DNA from: a bacterium UBP13_UBA5359
GTDB taxonomy: Bacteria; UBP13; UBA5359
Assembly: GCA_002410925.1 (NCBI GenBank)
Contig: DHPR01000033.1
Location: 62,001 to 126,000, forward strand
Direction: 5' to 3'
Length of the DNA stretch: 64,000 nucleotides
Shown: positions 27,638-38,229 of the stretch, piece after piece
Numbering within the stretch: the first letter of the stretch is position 1
Layout of the letters: every line of letters begins with the position of its first letter
Position numbers and translations under genes: made by a program
Notes under the pieces: model-generated
Seen by the model: only the letters and a program-made list of their open reading frames with translations
Databases searched by the model: none
Told to the model about the DNA's origin: nothing

Positions 27638-30322
27638 TTGTTGACACCAAAAAACTGGCACCTGTTGGATATTGCGAAGCTTTATTGCCAGACAGGTTCT
27701 TCACCCGAAGGGTTGTCTCCGGAACAGGCTCAAGAGCGCTTCGCACAATATGGACCGAATATGCTGGAAGCGACAGAAGGCAAGTCTTCGTTAAAGCTTT
27801 TTTTAAGACAATTCAATGATTTCATGATCTGGATATTGCTGGCTGCGGCTGGAATCTCCTCTGCTATAGGCTTGATAACCGGTAGCCACGAAGAGTTATA
27901 CGATGCGGCGGCCATATTTGCCATCGTCATCCTGAATGCTCTACTGGGGTTTTTTCAGGAGAATAAGGCGGAAAAGGCATTGGCAGCCCTGAAGGATCTC
28001 TCTGCGCCTGTATGTACCGTTATAAGAGACGGGAGAAAAATCAGGATGCCTGCTGCCGATATAGTTCCCGGAGATACGCTTTTGCTGGAAGCAGGCGATA
28101 GAGTTCCGGCCGATATTCGGCTGGTAGAAAGCATCGGACTCTCAATTGATGAGTCTCTTCTTACCGGAGAATCCGTGCCGGTGCAAAAGGAAATCGTGGC
28201 TTTATCCGACCCGGAAGCGGCTCTAGCTAATCGTACCAATATGGCTTACATGGGCAGCACCGTAACGCAGGGCCGCGGCCGCGGCATCGCCGTAGCTACC
28301 GGTATGCAAACCGAAGTCGGAAAGATAGCCGATATGATAAATACCGGCGAGCGTGATAAGACTCCTTTGCAACAAAAATTAGAGGTGCTGGGTAAGAATC
28401 TGGGAATTCTTGTCCTGGCGATTGCTGCTATCGTTTTCGTGCTCGGTATCGCCAGAGGAGGCGATATATCCTTTATGTTTTTAGCAGCGGTAGGCCTGGC
28501 GGTAGCCGCTATACCGGAGGGGCTGCCGGCTGTAGTCACTATTGCCCTGGCTCTGGGTGTACAGCGTATGGCTGAGAGACAGGCGGTAGTACGGCGTTTA
28601 TCTGCCGTAGAGGCGCTGGGAAGTGTTACCGTTATCTGCTCTGATAAAACCGGCACAATCACTCAGAATAAAATGACCGTTACCGAGCTCTATATCCCCG
28701 GCGCAGAGGGCAGTATTCCCCTGACCAGCGGTGCGCTCGGCACGGATACTTTACTGACTCTGGCTGCCCTTTGCAATAATGCGGAGATAGATGGATTAGG
28801 GAATGAGACAGGGGATCCTACTGAAATAGCCCTTATCAATGCTGCCGCGACCGGCGGCATCGATACCGAAACTATATGCCGCCAATATATCAGAATATCG
28901 GAGTTGCCCTTTGATTCCGTCCGGAAATCCATGACTACCATTCATCGATTGCCTGATGGTCGGGCAAGGGCGGCTGTTAAAGGTGCAGTCGACAGAATTC
29001 TTCCGTTGCTATCGGGCTATCTCAAGCCTGACGGCAATATCGAACGGATCAAGCCGGAAATAATTGACCGTATTCATAAAGCCAATGCGGCTATGGCAGG
29101 AAGGGCGTTGCGGGTTCTGGCTGTTGCCTATAGGGATCTGGAAGAGGGAGAAGAGAGCTGTAAAAGCGATGAGATCGAGAGGGACCTTATTATTGCCGGT
29201 CTGGTAGGTATGATCGATCCGCCTCGCCCGGAGGTTGTTGAAGCGCTGGAAACGTGCCATGCCGCCGGCATAAAGCCGGTGATGATAACCGGAGATCATC
29301 AGGATACGGCTGTTGCGATAGCTGGACAAATAGGATTGCTTCATCATGATGGTGCCGTATATACCGGACGTGAGCTGGAAAGCATGGCTGATGAGGAATT
29401 GATGGCCAGAGCGCCTAAGGCAGCTGTTTTTGCTCGTGTCTCTCCCGAACATAAGGTTCGAATCGTCAAGGCCATGAAGGCTAACGGATACGTCGTGGGT
29501 ATGACCGGTGACGGCGTTAATGATGCTCCGGCTTTGAAGCGGGCGGATATAGGTGTTGCAATGGGGCAGGTGGGCACCGATGTATCCCGTGAAGCCTCGG
29601 ATGTAATCCTGCTTGATGATAATTTTGCCACTATCGTTGCTGCTATCGGAGAGGGCCGGGTGATTTATGCTAATATCAAGAAATTTATCCGTTACCTTCT
29701 CTCTTGCAATACAAGTGAAGTCCTGACGGTCTTTATCTCTATGTTGGCTGGGATGCCTTTGCCTGTTCTGCCTGCCCAGCTGCTATGGATAAATATTGCT
29801 ACAGACGGCTTGCCTGCTTTGGCGCTGGGGGTAGAACCGGGCGACCCAGCCTTAATGCATAAGCCGCCACGCAATGCAGATGAAAGCATCATAGATAAGG
29901 CCATGAGTATACGTATTTTCAGAGAGGGCCTGATGATGTCTCTTATCGCACTCGGTACCTTCTTTATCATGCTGAGGCAGTACGGCGGGGTGGATAATAC
30001 CCCTGTAAGAACCGCCGTATTTACGGTGCTGGTGCTCTCTCAGCTATGGCATAGTCTCAATAGTCGTTCGGAAGAGCGTTCGATTTTCGGCATGAAGGAT
30101 GGAAACGGGCTGCTGATGGCAGCTATTGGCGTTTCCATTATATTGCAGCTTATCGTCGTTTATACTCCCTTTCTGCAGACCTTCTTCAGAACGGAACCGC
30201 TGAAGGCAACCGATTGGTTGATTATATTGCCGCTTTCATTGCTGGTAGTAGTTGAAGCGGAGATCTGTAAAGCTATAAGGACTTTCCGGATATTTCGGAA
30301 GAAGGGAGGAAAAGATGGCTAA
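27638..30322 (+). CDS. P2A-type cation (Ca2+)-transporting P-type ATPase
   Basis: [67 protein letters not shown]. Confidence 0.95.
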   Translation: MLTPKNWHLLDIAKLYCQTGSSPEGLSPEQAQERFAQYGPNMLEATEGKSSLKLFLRQFNDFMIWILLAAAGISSAIGLITGSHEELYDAAAIFAIVILNALLGFFQENKAEKALAALKDLSAPVCTVIRDGRKIRMPAADIVPGDTLLLEAGDRVPADIRLVESIGLSIDESLLTGESVPVQKEIVALSDPEAALANRTNMAYMGSTVTQGRGRGIAVATGMQTEVGKIADMINTGERDKTPLQQKLEVLGKNLGILVLAIAAIVFVLGIARGGDISFMFLAAVGLAVAAIPEGLPAVVTIALALGVQRMAERQAVVRRLSAVEALGSVTVICSDKTGTITQNKMTVTELYIPGAEGSIPLTSGALGTDTLLTLAALCNNAEIDGLGNETGDPTEIALINAAATGGIDTETICRQYIRISELPFDSVRKSMTTIHRLPDGRARAAVKGAVDRILPLLSGYLKPDGNIERIKPEIIDRIHKANAAMAGRALRVLAVAYRDLEEGEESCKSDEIERDLIIAGLVGMIDPPRPEVVEALETCHAAGIKPVMITGDHQDTAVAIAGQIGLLHHDGAVYTGRELESMADEELMARAPKAAVFARVSPEHKVRIVKAMKANGYVVGMTGDGVNDAPALKRADIGVAMGQVGTDVSREASDVILLDDNFATIVAAIGEGRVIYANIKKFIRYLLSCNTSEVLTVFISMLAGMPLPVLPAQLLWINIATDGLPALALGVEPGDPALMHKPPRNADESIIDKAMSIRIFREGLMMSLIALGTFFIMLRQYGGVDNTPVRTAVFTVLVLSQLWHSLNSRSEERSIFGMKDGNGLLMAAIGVSIILQLIVVYTPFLQTFFRTEPLKATDWLIILPLSLLVVVEAEICKAIRTFRIFRKKGGKDG

Positions 30323-30932
30323 TGTAGCTGTATATCCGGTAGGCGATCTTAGAACGAATGCATATATACTCTCTGACAGAGGAGAGGCCTGCATAATAGA
30401 TCCGGCGGCATCCGGAGAGGTGTTGGCGGCGGCGGTAGGTGATAATCTCCTTAAATATATTATCCTGACGCATGGACATATCGATCATTTTGCCGCTCTT
30501 GACGATGTTGTTCGAGACGGCTGTCAGATATCTATTCATCGGTTGGATTTGCAATTGCTAAAATCGCCTCTGTTGAACGGCTCGCAGGCAATGGGGATAA
30601 CGCAGCCAGCAACCGTTCCCGATCTGTTGCTGGACGAGGGAACGCGTTTGACCCTTGGGGGAATGGAGTTGTCGGTCATCAGCACGCCCGGACATACTCC
30701 CGGCAGCATCTCTATTATGGTCGACAGGTTGCTCTTTACCGGAGATACGCTCTTTGCGGGTTCTGTAGGGCGAACGGATCTTTACGGCGGCGATTCCTCC
30801 GCTCTGATGAGATCCTTACATCGATTGAAAGCGCTCAAAGGAGATTATATTATTCACTCCGGACATGGACCTGAAACAAGTCTCTCTGCTGAAAGAGCAA
30901 GCAATCCATTTTTACGTGAGAATTCAAAATAA
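30315..30932 (+). CDS. MBL-fold metallohydrolase (glyoxalase II/YcbL-like)
   Basis: THGHIDH, TPGHTPG, FTGDTLF..SVGRTD, GHG. Confidence 0.92.
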   Translation: MANVAVYPVGDLRTNAYILSDRGEACIIDPAASGEVLAAAVGDNLLKYIILTHGHIDHFAALDDVVRDGCQISIHRLDLQLLKSPLLNGSQAMGITQPATVPDLLLDEGTRLTLGGMELSVISTPGHTPGSISIMVDRLLFTGDTLFAGSVGRTDLYGGDSSALMRSLHRLKALKGDYIIHSGHGPETSLSAERASNPFLRENSK

Positions 30933-31019
30933 AAAGAGATGAAAACCTTTCGGCAGAACGTAAGGTATATAATAAATCGAGGAATGCATTCGAAGGAGTA
31001 GTTTATTTGATGATCGAGA

Positions 31020-31095
31020 TGGTGGAGACGAGGGGGCTCGAACCCCTGGCCTCATCCATGCGAAGGATGCGCTCTCCCAGCTGAGCTACGTCCCC
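31020..31095 (-). tRNA. tRNA-Ala (anticodon CGC)
   Basis: Reverse complement GGGGACG TAGCTCAGCTGGGAGAGC G CATCC-TT-CGC-AT-GGATG AGGCC AGGGG-TTCGAGC-CCCCT CGTCTCC A CCA; G3:U70 alanine identity pair; 76 nt. Confidence 0.97.
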
Positions 31096-31113
31096 ATCTG
31101 CAACACAGTTGCA

Positions 31114-31142
31114 ATTATAGATTATGTGGCTGGAAGAGTCAA
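31114..31142 (-). promoter_or_regulatory. Sigma70-type promoter for tRNA-Ala
   Basis: Minus strand TTGACT-17 bp-TATAAT, ending 18 bp upstream of the tRNA. Confidence 0.8.
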
Positions 31143-31161
31143 GAAAATTGGAAGTGATAAA

Positions 31162-32415
31162 GTGAAATACAGAGCACCAAAGGGAACACGCGATATATTG
31201 CCTGCAGAAGCCGCCGTCTGGAGCCATATAGAGGCTCTTTTTCGTCACGCGGCGGCTCGATACGGATATGGCGAGATACGAACACCCGCATTTGAAGATG
31301 TTCAACTTTTTATTCGCAGTATCGGCAGCGATACCGATATTGTCAGCAAAGAGATGTATGATTTTGTGGATAAAGGGGGGCGTCGTATCTCTCTTAAGCC
31401 GGAAGGAACGGCACCGGTTGTCCGGGCATTTATTCAGAATAATTTACAGGCCGTCAATCCTCTGACCAAGCTTTTCTATATATCTCCCATGTTCAGATAT
31501 GACCGTCCTCAGGCCGGGCGGTATCGTCAGTTTCATCAATTGGGCGTAGAAGCGATAGGATCAGATGACCCTTTGCTGGATATGGAAGTTATTATGCTGG
31601 CCATCTCCTTTCTTCGGGCTATAGGCCTGAAGCATACTACGCTACTTCTTAATAGTGTTGCCTGCGGTAATTGCCGCCCGCGTTACGTAGAGGCATTAAA
31701 GGATTTTCTGGCGAAATCGCATGATGATCTATGTGAGGATTGCCGGCGCAGATATACTGATAATCCTCTTCGCCTGCTTGATTGTAAAAATCCCGCCTGC
31801 AAGGCGTTGCTGCAAAAATCGCCGCAAATTTCCGCTTATATCTGTGGTCCCTGCCGCGAGCATTTTGATAAGGTGCGGAAGGGATTGGATAGTTTGGGTA
31901 TAGCCTATACCGTTGACCCATCAATGGTGCGCGGGCTGGATTACTATACGAGAACAGCCTTTGAGATCACTCATGACGGATTAGGTGCTCAAAGCTCCAT
32001 AGCCGGCGGCGGCCGCTATGACAGGCTGATAAAGGAATGCGGCGGACCTGATTTGACGGGAATGGGCTTTGCAGCCGGGCTTGAGCGCCTGCTGTTAGCG
32101 TTGGAAGCTGAGGCGACGATGCCCGCACGACGTATACCCTGTAGCGCTTATTTGATTGCGCTCGGTGAAAGAGCCAGAATCAATACTTTGAGCTATCTAT
32201 ATAAGCTGAGGGATGCAGGTCTGCATGTTGAATATGATTATCTTGGTCGCAGCCTCAAGGCACAAATGCGGGCGGCGGACAGACTTAGCTGCAGGTTTGC
32301 CGTTATCATCGGCGACGATGAATTGGAGCGCGGCACGGCATCCATAAAGGATCTGGCACAGGGATCTCAGACGGAAGTACAGCTGACAGCGCTGGTTGAT
32401 TATCTGTTACAATAG
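31162..32415 (+). CDS. hisS: Histidine--tRNA ligase
   Basis: PKGTRD, TPAFE, KEMY, PEGTAP, FRYDRPQAGRYRQFHQ, VRGLDYY, GGGRYD; start placed at GTG 31162 (ORF open from 31126). Confidence 0.98.
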   Translation: MKYRAPKGTRDILPAEAAVWSHIEALFRHAAARYGYGEIRTPAFEDVQLFIRSIGSDTDIVSKEMYDFVDKGGRRISLKPEGTAPVVRAFIQNNLQAVNPLTKLFYISPMFRYDRPQAGRYRQFHQLGVEAIGSDDPLLDMEVIMLAISFLRAIGLKHTTLLLNSVACGNCRPRYVEALKDFLAKSHDDLCEDCRRRYTDNPLRLLDCKNPACKALLQKSPQISAYICGPCREHFDKVRKGLDSLGIAYTVDPSMVRGLDYYTRTAFEITHDGLGAQSSIAGGGRYDRLIKECGGPDLTGMGFAAGLERLLLALEAEATMPARRIPCSAYLIALGERARINTLSYLYKLRDAGLHVEYDYLGRSLKAQMRAADRLSCRFAVIIGDDELERGTASIKDLAQGSQTEVQLTALVDYLLQ

Positions 32416-32454
32416 AGATGCTTAAGGGTTTAGGAAGCAAGTGAGGGAAGAGTT

Positions 32455-34233
32455 ATGAGCGAGATTATGAATGATTGGAAACGAAGCAAATACTGCGGCC
32501 GGGTAAGCCTTGCAGATGAAGGGGATTCCCTTATTCTGATGGGATGGTGCCAGAAGCGACGCGATCACGGCAGCCTTATCTTTATTGATCTTCGTGACAG
32601 GGAGGGAGTGGTGCAGATAGCAATCAATCCTGAACGATCGCAAAGGGCGCATCAAGTGGCGGAGAATGTACGCAGCGAGTATGTTTTGGCCGTCAAAGGA
32701 ACGGTGGCCAGGCGCCCCGCCGGAACTGAAAATACCCGGCTGCAGACCGGCTTAATCGAAGTGCTGGCTGACGAGGTTGTAATACTCAATGCCTCCAAAA
32801 CGCCTCCTTTCCTTATAGAATCAGTGACAGATGCGGATGAAAGCATCAGATTGAAATATCGTTATCTGGATCTCCGGCGTGAGCCGATGTTGCAGAGCAT
32901 TCGTCTTAGGCATAGAGCGACCAAGGCTCTTCGTGATTATCTGGATGACAACGATTTTCTGGAGATTGAAACTCCTATGCTGGGCAAGAGCACTCCAGAG
33001 GGCGCCAGAGATTTTCTTGTGCCCAGCCGTCTTAATCCAGGACTCTTTTACGGTCTGCCTCAATCACCGCAGCTTTACAAGCAATTGTTGATGGTTTCCG
33101 GTATGGAACGCTATTTTCAGATAGCTCGTTGTTTCAGAGATGAAGATTTACGAGCTGACAGACAACCGGAATTTACTCAAATCGATATGGAGATGTCCTT
33201 TGTCAGCATGGAGCAGATTATAGGGGTAACCGAGGGGATGATCGCTGCCGTTCTGAATGCTGCCGGGCGCAGTCTGCCCCAGATGCCCTTTCCACGTATA
33301 ACCTATGATCAGGCTATGGCGCGCTATGGCAGTGATAAGCCGGATATTCGCTTTGGCATGGAGCTTTACGATATTACGGATATTGCGGCAGAGTCGGATT
33401 TCAAGGTCTTCCGCGATACGGCGGCTCGCGGCGGACAGGTTAAAGGTATTTGCGCTTCCGGAATCGCAAATTACAGCAGACGAGAAATTGATGAGCTAAG
33501 AGAGATGGCGGCGGTATATGGTGCTAAGGGATTAGCGCATATCTCGGTGGAAAACGGTGGGTTTAAATCGCCCGTGGCTAAATTCTTCAGCACTGAAGAA
33601 TTGCAAGCAATCGCTTCCAGAATGGGGGCCGGTGATGGAGATATGATGCTCTTTGTAGCTGATGCGCCTGCAGTTACGGCTGCCGCTTTAGGCTATCTCA
33701 GGCTGCAACTGGGACGCCGGCTGGGGATGATCGATGATAAAAGAGATGCCTTTGTCTGGGTGGTGGATTTTCCCATGTTTGAGTGGGATGAATCGGCCGG
33801 TCGTCTCAGTGCCATACATCATCCCTTTACCTCGCCGCGAGAGGAAGATCTCCCGAAGCTGGAAACCGATCCGCTTCAAGTCAAGGCCCTGGCCTATGAT
33901 ATTATTCTCAATGGTGTCGAATTGGGCGGCGGCAGCATAAGAATTCATCGTCGTGATGTGCAACAGCGCATCTTCGATCTCCTGGGTATGTCCGTTGAAG
34001 AGAGCCGTGATAAGTTCGGTTTTCTGTTGGAGGCCTTTGATTACGGCACACCGCCGCATGGCGGTATAGCGCTGGGGTTGGATAGATTGGTAATGCTTCT
34101 TTCCGGGCAGGATTCCATCCGGGATTGCATCGCTTTCCCCAAAACTCAAAGCGGTTCATGCCTGATGACGGATGCGCCCTCCGGAGTATACGGAAACCAA
34201 TTGAAAGAGTTATATTTAAAAACGATGATCTGA
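32455..34233 (+). CDS. aspS: Aspartate--tRNA ligase, probably non-discriminating Asp/Asn type
   Basis: RDHG.LIFIDLRD, RYLDLRR, TPEGARDF, PQSPQ, FRDEDLRADRQPEFTQ, HHPFT, PPHGGIALGLDR. Confidence 0.98.
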   Translation: MSEIMNDWKRSKYCGRVSLADEGDSLILMGWCQKRRDHGSLIFIDLRDREGVVQIAINPERSQRAHQVAENVRSEYVLAVKGTVARRPAGTENTRLQTGLIEVLADEVVILNASKTPPFLIESVTDADESIRLKYRYLDLRREPMLQSIRLRHRATKALRDYLDDNDFLEIETPMLGKSTPEGARDFLVPSRLNPGLFYGLPQSPQLYKQLLMVSGMERYFQIARCFRDEDLRADRQPEFTQIDMEMSFVSMEQIIGVTEGMIAAVLNAAGRSLPQMPFPRITYDQAMARYGSDKPDIRFGMELYDITDIAAESDFKVFRDTAARGGQVKGICASGIANYSRREIDELREMAAVYGAKGLAHISVENGGFKSPVAKFFSTEELQAIASRMGAGDGDMMLFVADAPAVTAAALGYLRLQLGRRLGMIDDKRDAFVWVVDFPMFEWDESAGRLSAIHHPFTSPREEDLPKLETDPLQVKALAYDIILNGVELGGGSIRIHRRDVQQRIFDLLGMSVEESRDKFGFLLEAFDYGTPPHGGIALGLDRLVMLLSGQDSIRDCIAFPKTQSGSCLMTDAPSGVYGNQLKELYLKTMI

Positions 34234-34245
34234 CGAGGTGGCTGC

Positions 34246-36009
34246 ATGCTTTGGAGGATCACCCGCAGCGGAACACTTTTTGTTTTTTGCCTGGTGTTCC
34301 TATGCGCCTTTATCTTGAGAAGAGCAGATTATTACCTTTGGCAGGATGTGGCAACCGGTGATTTTACCAGCGTTGAACATAAAGGCATTGATGTTTTTGA
34401 TGCTCCAAAGGGTGCCGGCTTGCGCCTGGCACCCTCTTGGAGCGAGTGGTGTGAGCTTGGAGGGGAGAAGAAGGCTCTTCCTGTATCCAATTATATGCAG
34501 ATAAGCTGCCGCTATCTATGCTCCAAGAACAGATATGCCGCTCCCGGATTGAGAAGTATCACCTATCATCTGCATTATCTGCCCTTCCTCTTTATCCCGC
34601 AACGAAAGATAGTGAGCAGCCGGGAGCTGCAGATTCTTAAGGGCAAGGGAAGGGAAATCAACGGCTTGCTTTATCCGGATTTCATTCCGGGCTTTGCTCT
34701 TATGTATAACGGATGCCTGCAAGGTACAGATCCATTTATAAACTATCTTAATAGTCCTGATTATGCTAAGTCGTTTGATAAATACGCTCCGAAAGGAATT
34801 GTCGACCCTCGTGAGCTCAAGATTTTAGAGGATTATGGTCCCCATGCCAATTATATCGTAGAGTCGCCGAAGTACCGCGATTATATTGTTATCGGCTTCT
34901 ATTATGGCAAGATCTATCTGCCCGAATCAGGCACTTTTCGCTTTGACATCTCAGACGCTGATTTTCAACCGTATTATACATTCTTGGATAGCAAGCTCAT
35001 CTTGGATAAGGATAAGGAAGCGCCTTTAGGGCCGATATTAGTTACGCGACAGGACAAAATCTATAGCGTAGCCATCAATGTAGAAAAGGGTATGCATCGC
35101 TTGCGGTTTGATGCATATAATATCGGCGCCTATTGGAATACTGTATTGCCGGGCTTGAAGATGAGCCTGAACAGTAAAAAGGTCAGCATCGGCCCTTTGC
35201 AATACAATGCACTGTCGGTAAGCACACCTGTGCTTAGGCTGAGACGAAGTGCCAGGTTCTTAAGCGGGCTCTCTTTGCAAGGCAGCATACCAAAGAATAC
35301 GAGTATTAAAACGTATGTGCGAACAGCTGCTAATGCCAGGCCGGCTCCATTTGCTAAGGGTCTCTTTATATCTACTCCCAGAAATGATAACAAGCGGTCG
35401 CAACTGAAGGAGAGTGTAGCCTTCATTGGCTGGCAGGCTAAATTGCCTCGCGGTTCTCAGCTAAGGATCAGCCTCAGACAGAGTGACGATGGCCTGGTCT
35501 GGGATGAATGGCGGGAGCATCGTAGAAACGAACGCCTGGGCGTAATTAAGGCATATCAACAGTATAAAGTGGAGATGACCGCTTCGGCTTCCGGTAAATC
35601 ACCGACAATCAGAAAGATCGGCATACGCTTAAGACCATTGATCAAGGATATTCACCTTTTACGCCATACCTTTGATCCGAGCGGTGATAATGAAAAGCGA
35701 GAAGAGGGATGCCTGCAATGGGAGTTGGAGCTCAATACCACCTCATATCTCTCGCTGGAAATTATAGATCAGCGAGGCATTGTTATCTGCAGGCCCTGCA
35801 ACTGCAAGCTGATGAAACCGGGCAAGCGGCAGCTCTCTTTCTACGGCATAGTTGATCATGTTCCGCTGCCGCAGGGGGATTACGCCTATCGGATAACAGC
35901 CATGCAAAGAGGCTACGAGCAGCCGATAGCTGTTCGGCAGGGAAGATTCAAAGTAAAGTATCATCTCGGCAATTGCCGTTGCAGAAGAGCCGGAGGAAAT
36001 AAAGAGTGA
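34246..36009 (+). CDS. Exported multidomain beta-rich protein (PA14-like middle, FlgD-Ig-like C-terminus)
   Basis: N-terminal TM/signal; GKIYLPESGTFRF...VEKGMHRL resembles PA14; FDPSGD..LSLEIIDQRG..V..PG...LPQGDY.YRITA resembles FlgD Ig. Confidence 0.6.
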   Translation: MLWRITRSGTLFVFCLVFLCAFILRRADYYLWQDVATGDFTSVEHKGIDVFDAPKGAGLRLAPSWSEWCELGGEKKALPVSNYMQISCRYLCSKNRYAAPGLRSITYHLHYLPFLFIPQRKIVSSRELQILKGKGREINGLLYPDFIPGFALMYNGCLQGTDPFINYLNSPDYAKSFDKYAPKGIVDPRELKILEDYGPHANYIVESPKYRDYIVIGFYYGKIYLPESGTFRFDISDADFQPYYTFLDSKLILDKDKEAPLGPILVTRQDKIYSVAINVEKGMHRLRFDAYNIGAYWNTVLPGLKMSLNSKKVSIGPLQYNALSVSTPVLRLRRSARFLSGLSLQGSIPKNTSIKTYVRTAANARPAPFAKGLFISTPRNDNKRSQLKESVAFIGWQAKLPRGSQLRISLRQSDDGLVWDEWREHRRNERLGVIKAYQQYKVEMTASASGKSPTIRKIGIRLRPLIKDIHLLRHTFDPSGDNEKREEGCLQWELELNTTSYLSLEIIDQRGIVICRPCNCKLMKPGKRQLSFYGIVDHVPLPQGDYAYRITAMQRGYEQPIAVRQGRFKVKYHLGNCRCRRAGGNKE

Positions 36010-38141
36010 GAACCCTGGTATCCTTGCTACTGATATTATGGGGAATGATAACACCGCTTTATGCCTGGGGTCCTATAACTCATTGCCAGATCAACAGTAT
36101 CTCCTGGCATAAGTTCATGACGGGCTATGGGGGCGCTGACAGGGCTGGAGAGTTATTTATAGAGAGTGCTCCTATGCCGGACATGATTTCGAACTACAAT
36201 ATATGGGAGAGCAAGAAGAACATTGCCCGAAAAGCATTCCGCAGGCCGGAAAAGAAGAGTGCTCTCTTTGATTATGCCCATAATCTTTTCAGCAGTAAGA
36301 ACGGACGGATACTGGATGTAGGCGGAGATGATAATTCCAGCGGCGTGCCTCTCTTTGGCCTGCATATGTGCCGGCTGGCGGATGCCGATAAAAGCAGTGA
36401 AAGAGAGCTCTATCGCTGGTATGCCGGAGGCTGGGTTGCTCACCAACTGGCAGATTCCACTATGCACGGTAGCTACGGCATTGCCGAGCGGTTTGAATTC
36501 CTGCCACCGGGCATGATAGGAGCTCTGACCTCTCTTGTGCAATTCGTCGGACGTCATGGCTGTCTGGAAATGGCCGTAGATGCCATAAATTATGATGCCG
36601 GCACAGCGCGAACTCGCTTGAGGGGAGGAAAAGATTTCTTTAAAGCACCTGTTATTCCCTGGCTGATTCATGAAGCATCGCTGGAAATGCTTAGAGGGCT
36701 GCCGTTGGCAGAGAGAAAGAAGTTCAAAGCCATTACAGGCAGGCGACTCATTGATAACTTAAGTGGAAGCTATGCTAAAAGCATCAACGGCAGAATAGCC
36801 GGTGTTCTTCCCGGGGCGCATATGGCGGCTCAAATGATACGGCAATCCCCGCAGTATTCGGAGATCAAGGCCTTTTACACCGGACGACCTTTAAAAACAT
36901 ATTTTAACTACTATCGCGGGCAGATTCCCCAGAAGGCTCTTTACAGCCGCCTGCCGGCTCAGCTGAAGCGGGATTTGGCTGCATCCGACATAGCTTTGTC
37001 AGAGATCTCCAGCGATATTTACCTCTCTCGTTATGATTACCGTTTGCCGTTCCAGAAATCGCTGAGCAAGATAGAAGCATTTTTACACGGCAAGGATAAG
37101 CTTAGCGCCAGCATTAGGCCTTCTCAAGCAAATGGCAGCGCTCTGCAAACCGCGGAACTTTATACGGACTTTATAACCGATTTTACCACTCTGGCGCTTA
37201 GAAATGGTGCTATTCAGGTAAGGGCATCCGTATCTGACAGGAGCGACCTGCCGATATATGCCTTTGAAGCCGGGATAGCCGATACAGAGGCGGCCGGCAA
37301 GGCCCTCAGAGAGACGTTGAATAAATGGATGGGGGAGGATAAGCCTGCGGCAAATGGTGCGCTTGAAGCGGCGGCGGCACTATCATCCAAAGAGATGTTG
37401 CAGACACGGCGTTACTTTGCGCTGGTGATGGACGGCGTTCTCTTTCATCCTGACTGGACTTATGCGGCCGTATTGGATAGAGCGGATAAAGATTTGGAAT
37501 CCCGGGCACAGGGCAGCATTACTCTATTCAGCCCGGTATCATCAGAAGGCGTACCTTTGCTGCATTTTTCCGGTATGCCGCGCCCCGATCCTTTCAGGCC
37601 ATTGCAGGCCTTTATTGATGGCAAGCCATGCCGACCGGTATTGATAGCCGCTACCGGTGATATAGCTTTTATTCCCTCTCTCTCGCTTTCCGCCGGCAAG
37701 CATGCGCTTGACATTACCTTTTGCAGTGAAGCCGGGAATATTATCTCCAGACAGTTCAGCTTCGTATCAAAAACCGACCATGAAGATAGCGGTATCCGTG
37801 CAATACCTGTTAAGGGCAGACACAGCCGCATCATAAATCCCTTTGCCGCTTCATTATCACCATATAATATTCAATCGGGATACGAAATTCCAACGCAGGC
37901 CGATGTAATCAATGACGGCAAATATATCCCATATGTACTGCGCAATGACAAGAAGAGAGCCCTGTCAGGAAATGAGAGAGTGCGACCCGGTGAAAGCTTT
38001 ATTCTCATCGGCGATCTTCCCGATTATGTTGTATTAATAAAGGAGACGGATGAAGATCACCGCGAACCACCGGCTCTTATAATTGCTCTCTTCTCTGTCA
38101 TATTCATATTTATATTTGCATGCAGACGCAGGCATAGATAG
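36006..38141 (+). CDS. Zinc-dependent phospholipase C-like protein with Ig-like domain and C-terminal membrane anchor
   Basis: Signal peptide ending LYA then WGPITH; PD; GWVAHQLAD..MH; H..LEMAVD; Ig-like LSAGKH.L..AGN; C-terminal TM plus RRRHR. Confidence 0.7.
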   Translation: MRTLVSLLLILWGMITPLYAWGPITHCQINSISWHKFMTGYGGADRAGELFIESAPMPDMISNYNIWESKKNIARKAFRRPEKKSALFDYAHNLFSSKNGRILDVGGDDNSSGVPLFGLHMCRLADADKSSERELYRWYAGGWVAHQLADSTMHGSYGIAERFEFLPPGMIGALTSLVQFVGRHGCLEMAVDAINYDAGTARTRLRGGKDFFKAPVIPWLIHEASLEMLRGLPLAERKKFKAITGRRLIDNLSGSYAKSINGRIAGVLPGAHMAAQMIRQSPQYSEIKAFYTGRPLKTYFNYYRGQIPQKALYSRLPAQLKRDLAASDIALSEISSDIYLSRYDYRLPFQKSLSKIEAFLHGKDKLSASIRPSQANGSALQTAELYTDFITDFTTLALRNGAIQVRASVSDRSDLPIYAFEAGIADTEAAGKALRETLNKWMGEDKPAANGALEAAAALSSKEMLQTRRYFALVMDGVLFHPDWTYAAVLDRADKDLESRAQGSITLFSPVSSEGVPLLHFSGMPRPDPFRPLQAFIDGKPCRPVLIAATGDIAFIPSLSLSAGKHALDITFCSEAGNIISRQFSFVSKTDHEDSGIRAIPVKGRHSRIINPFAASLSPYNIQSGYEIPTQADVINDGKYIPYVLRNDKKRALSGNERVRPGESFILIGDLPDYVVLIKETDEDHREPPALIIALFSVIFIFIFACRRRHR

Positions 38142-38229
38142 CAGATAATTCTTTAAAATGGTATTATATATGCGTTGCGTAGAAAGTGTTCTTAAGCGTA
38201 ATACCATTTGGCGTGAAAGGGTGTCTTTT

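Noticed and set aside
31003..31305. 100-aa - strand ORF
   Set aside because: It is a translation of the tRNA-Ala gene and antisense hisS
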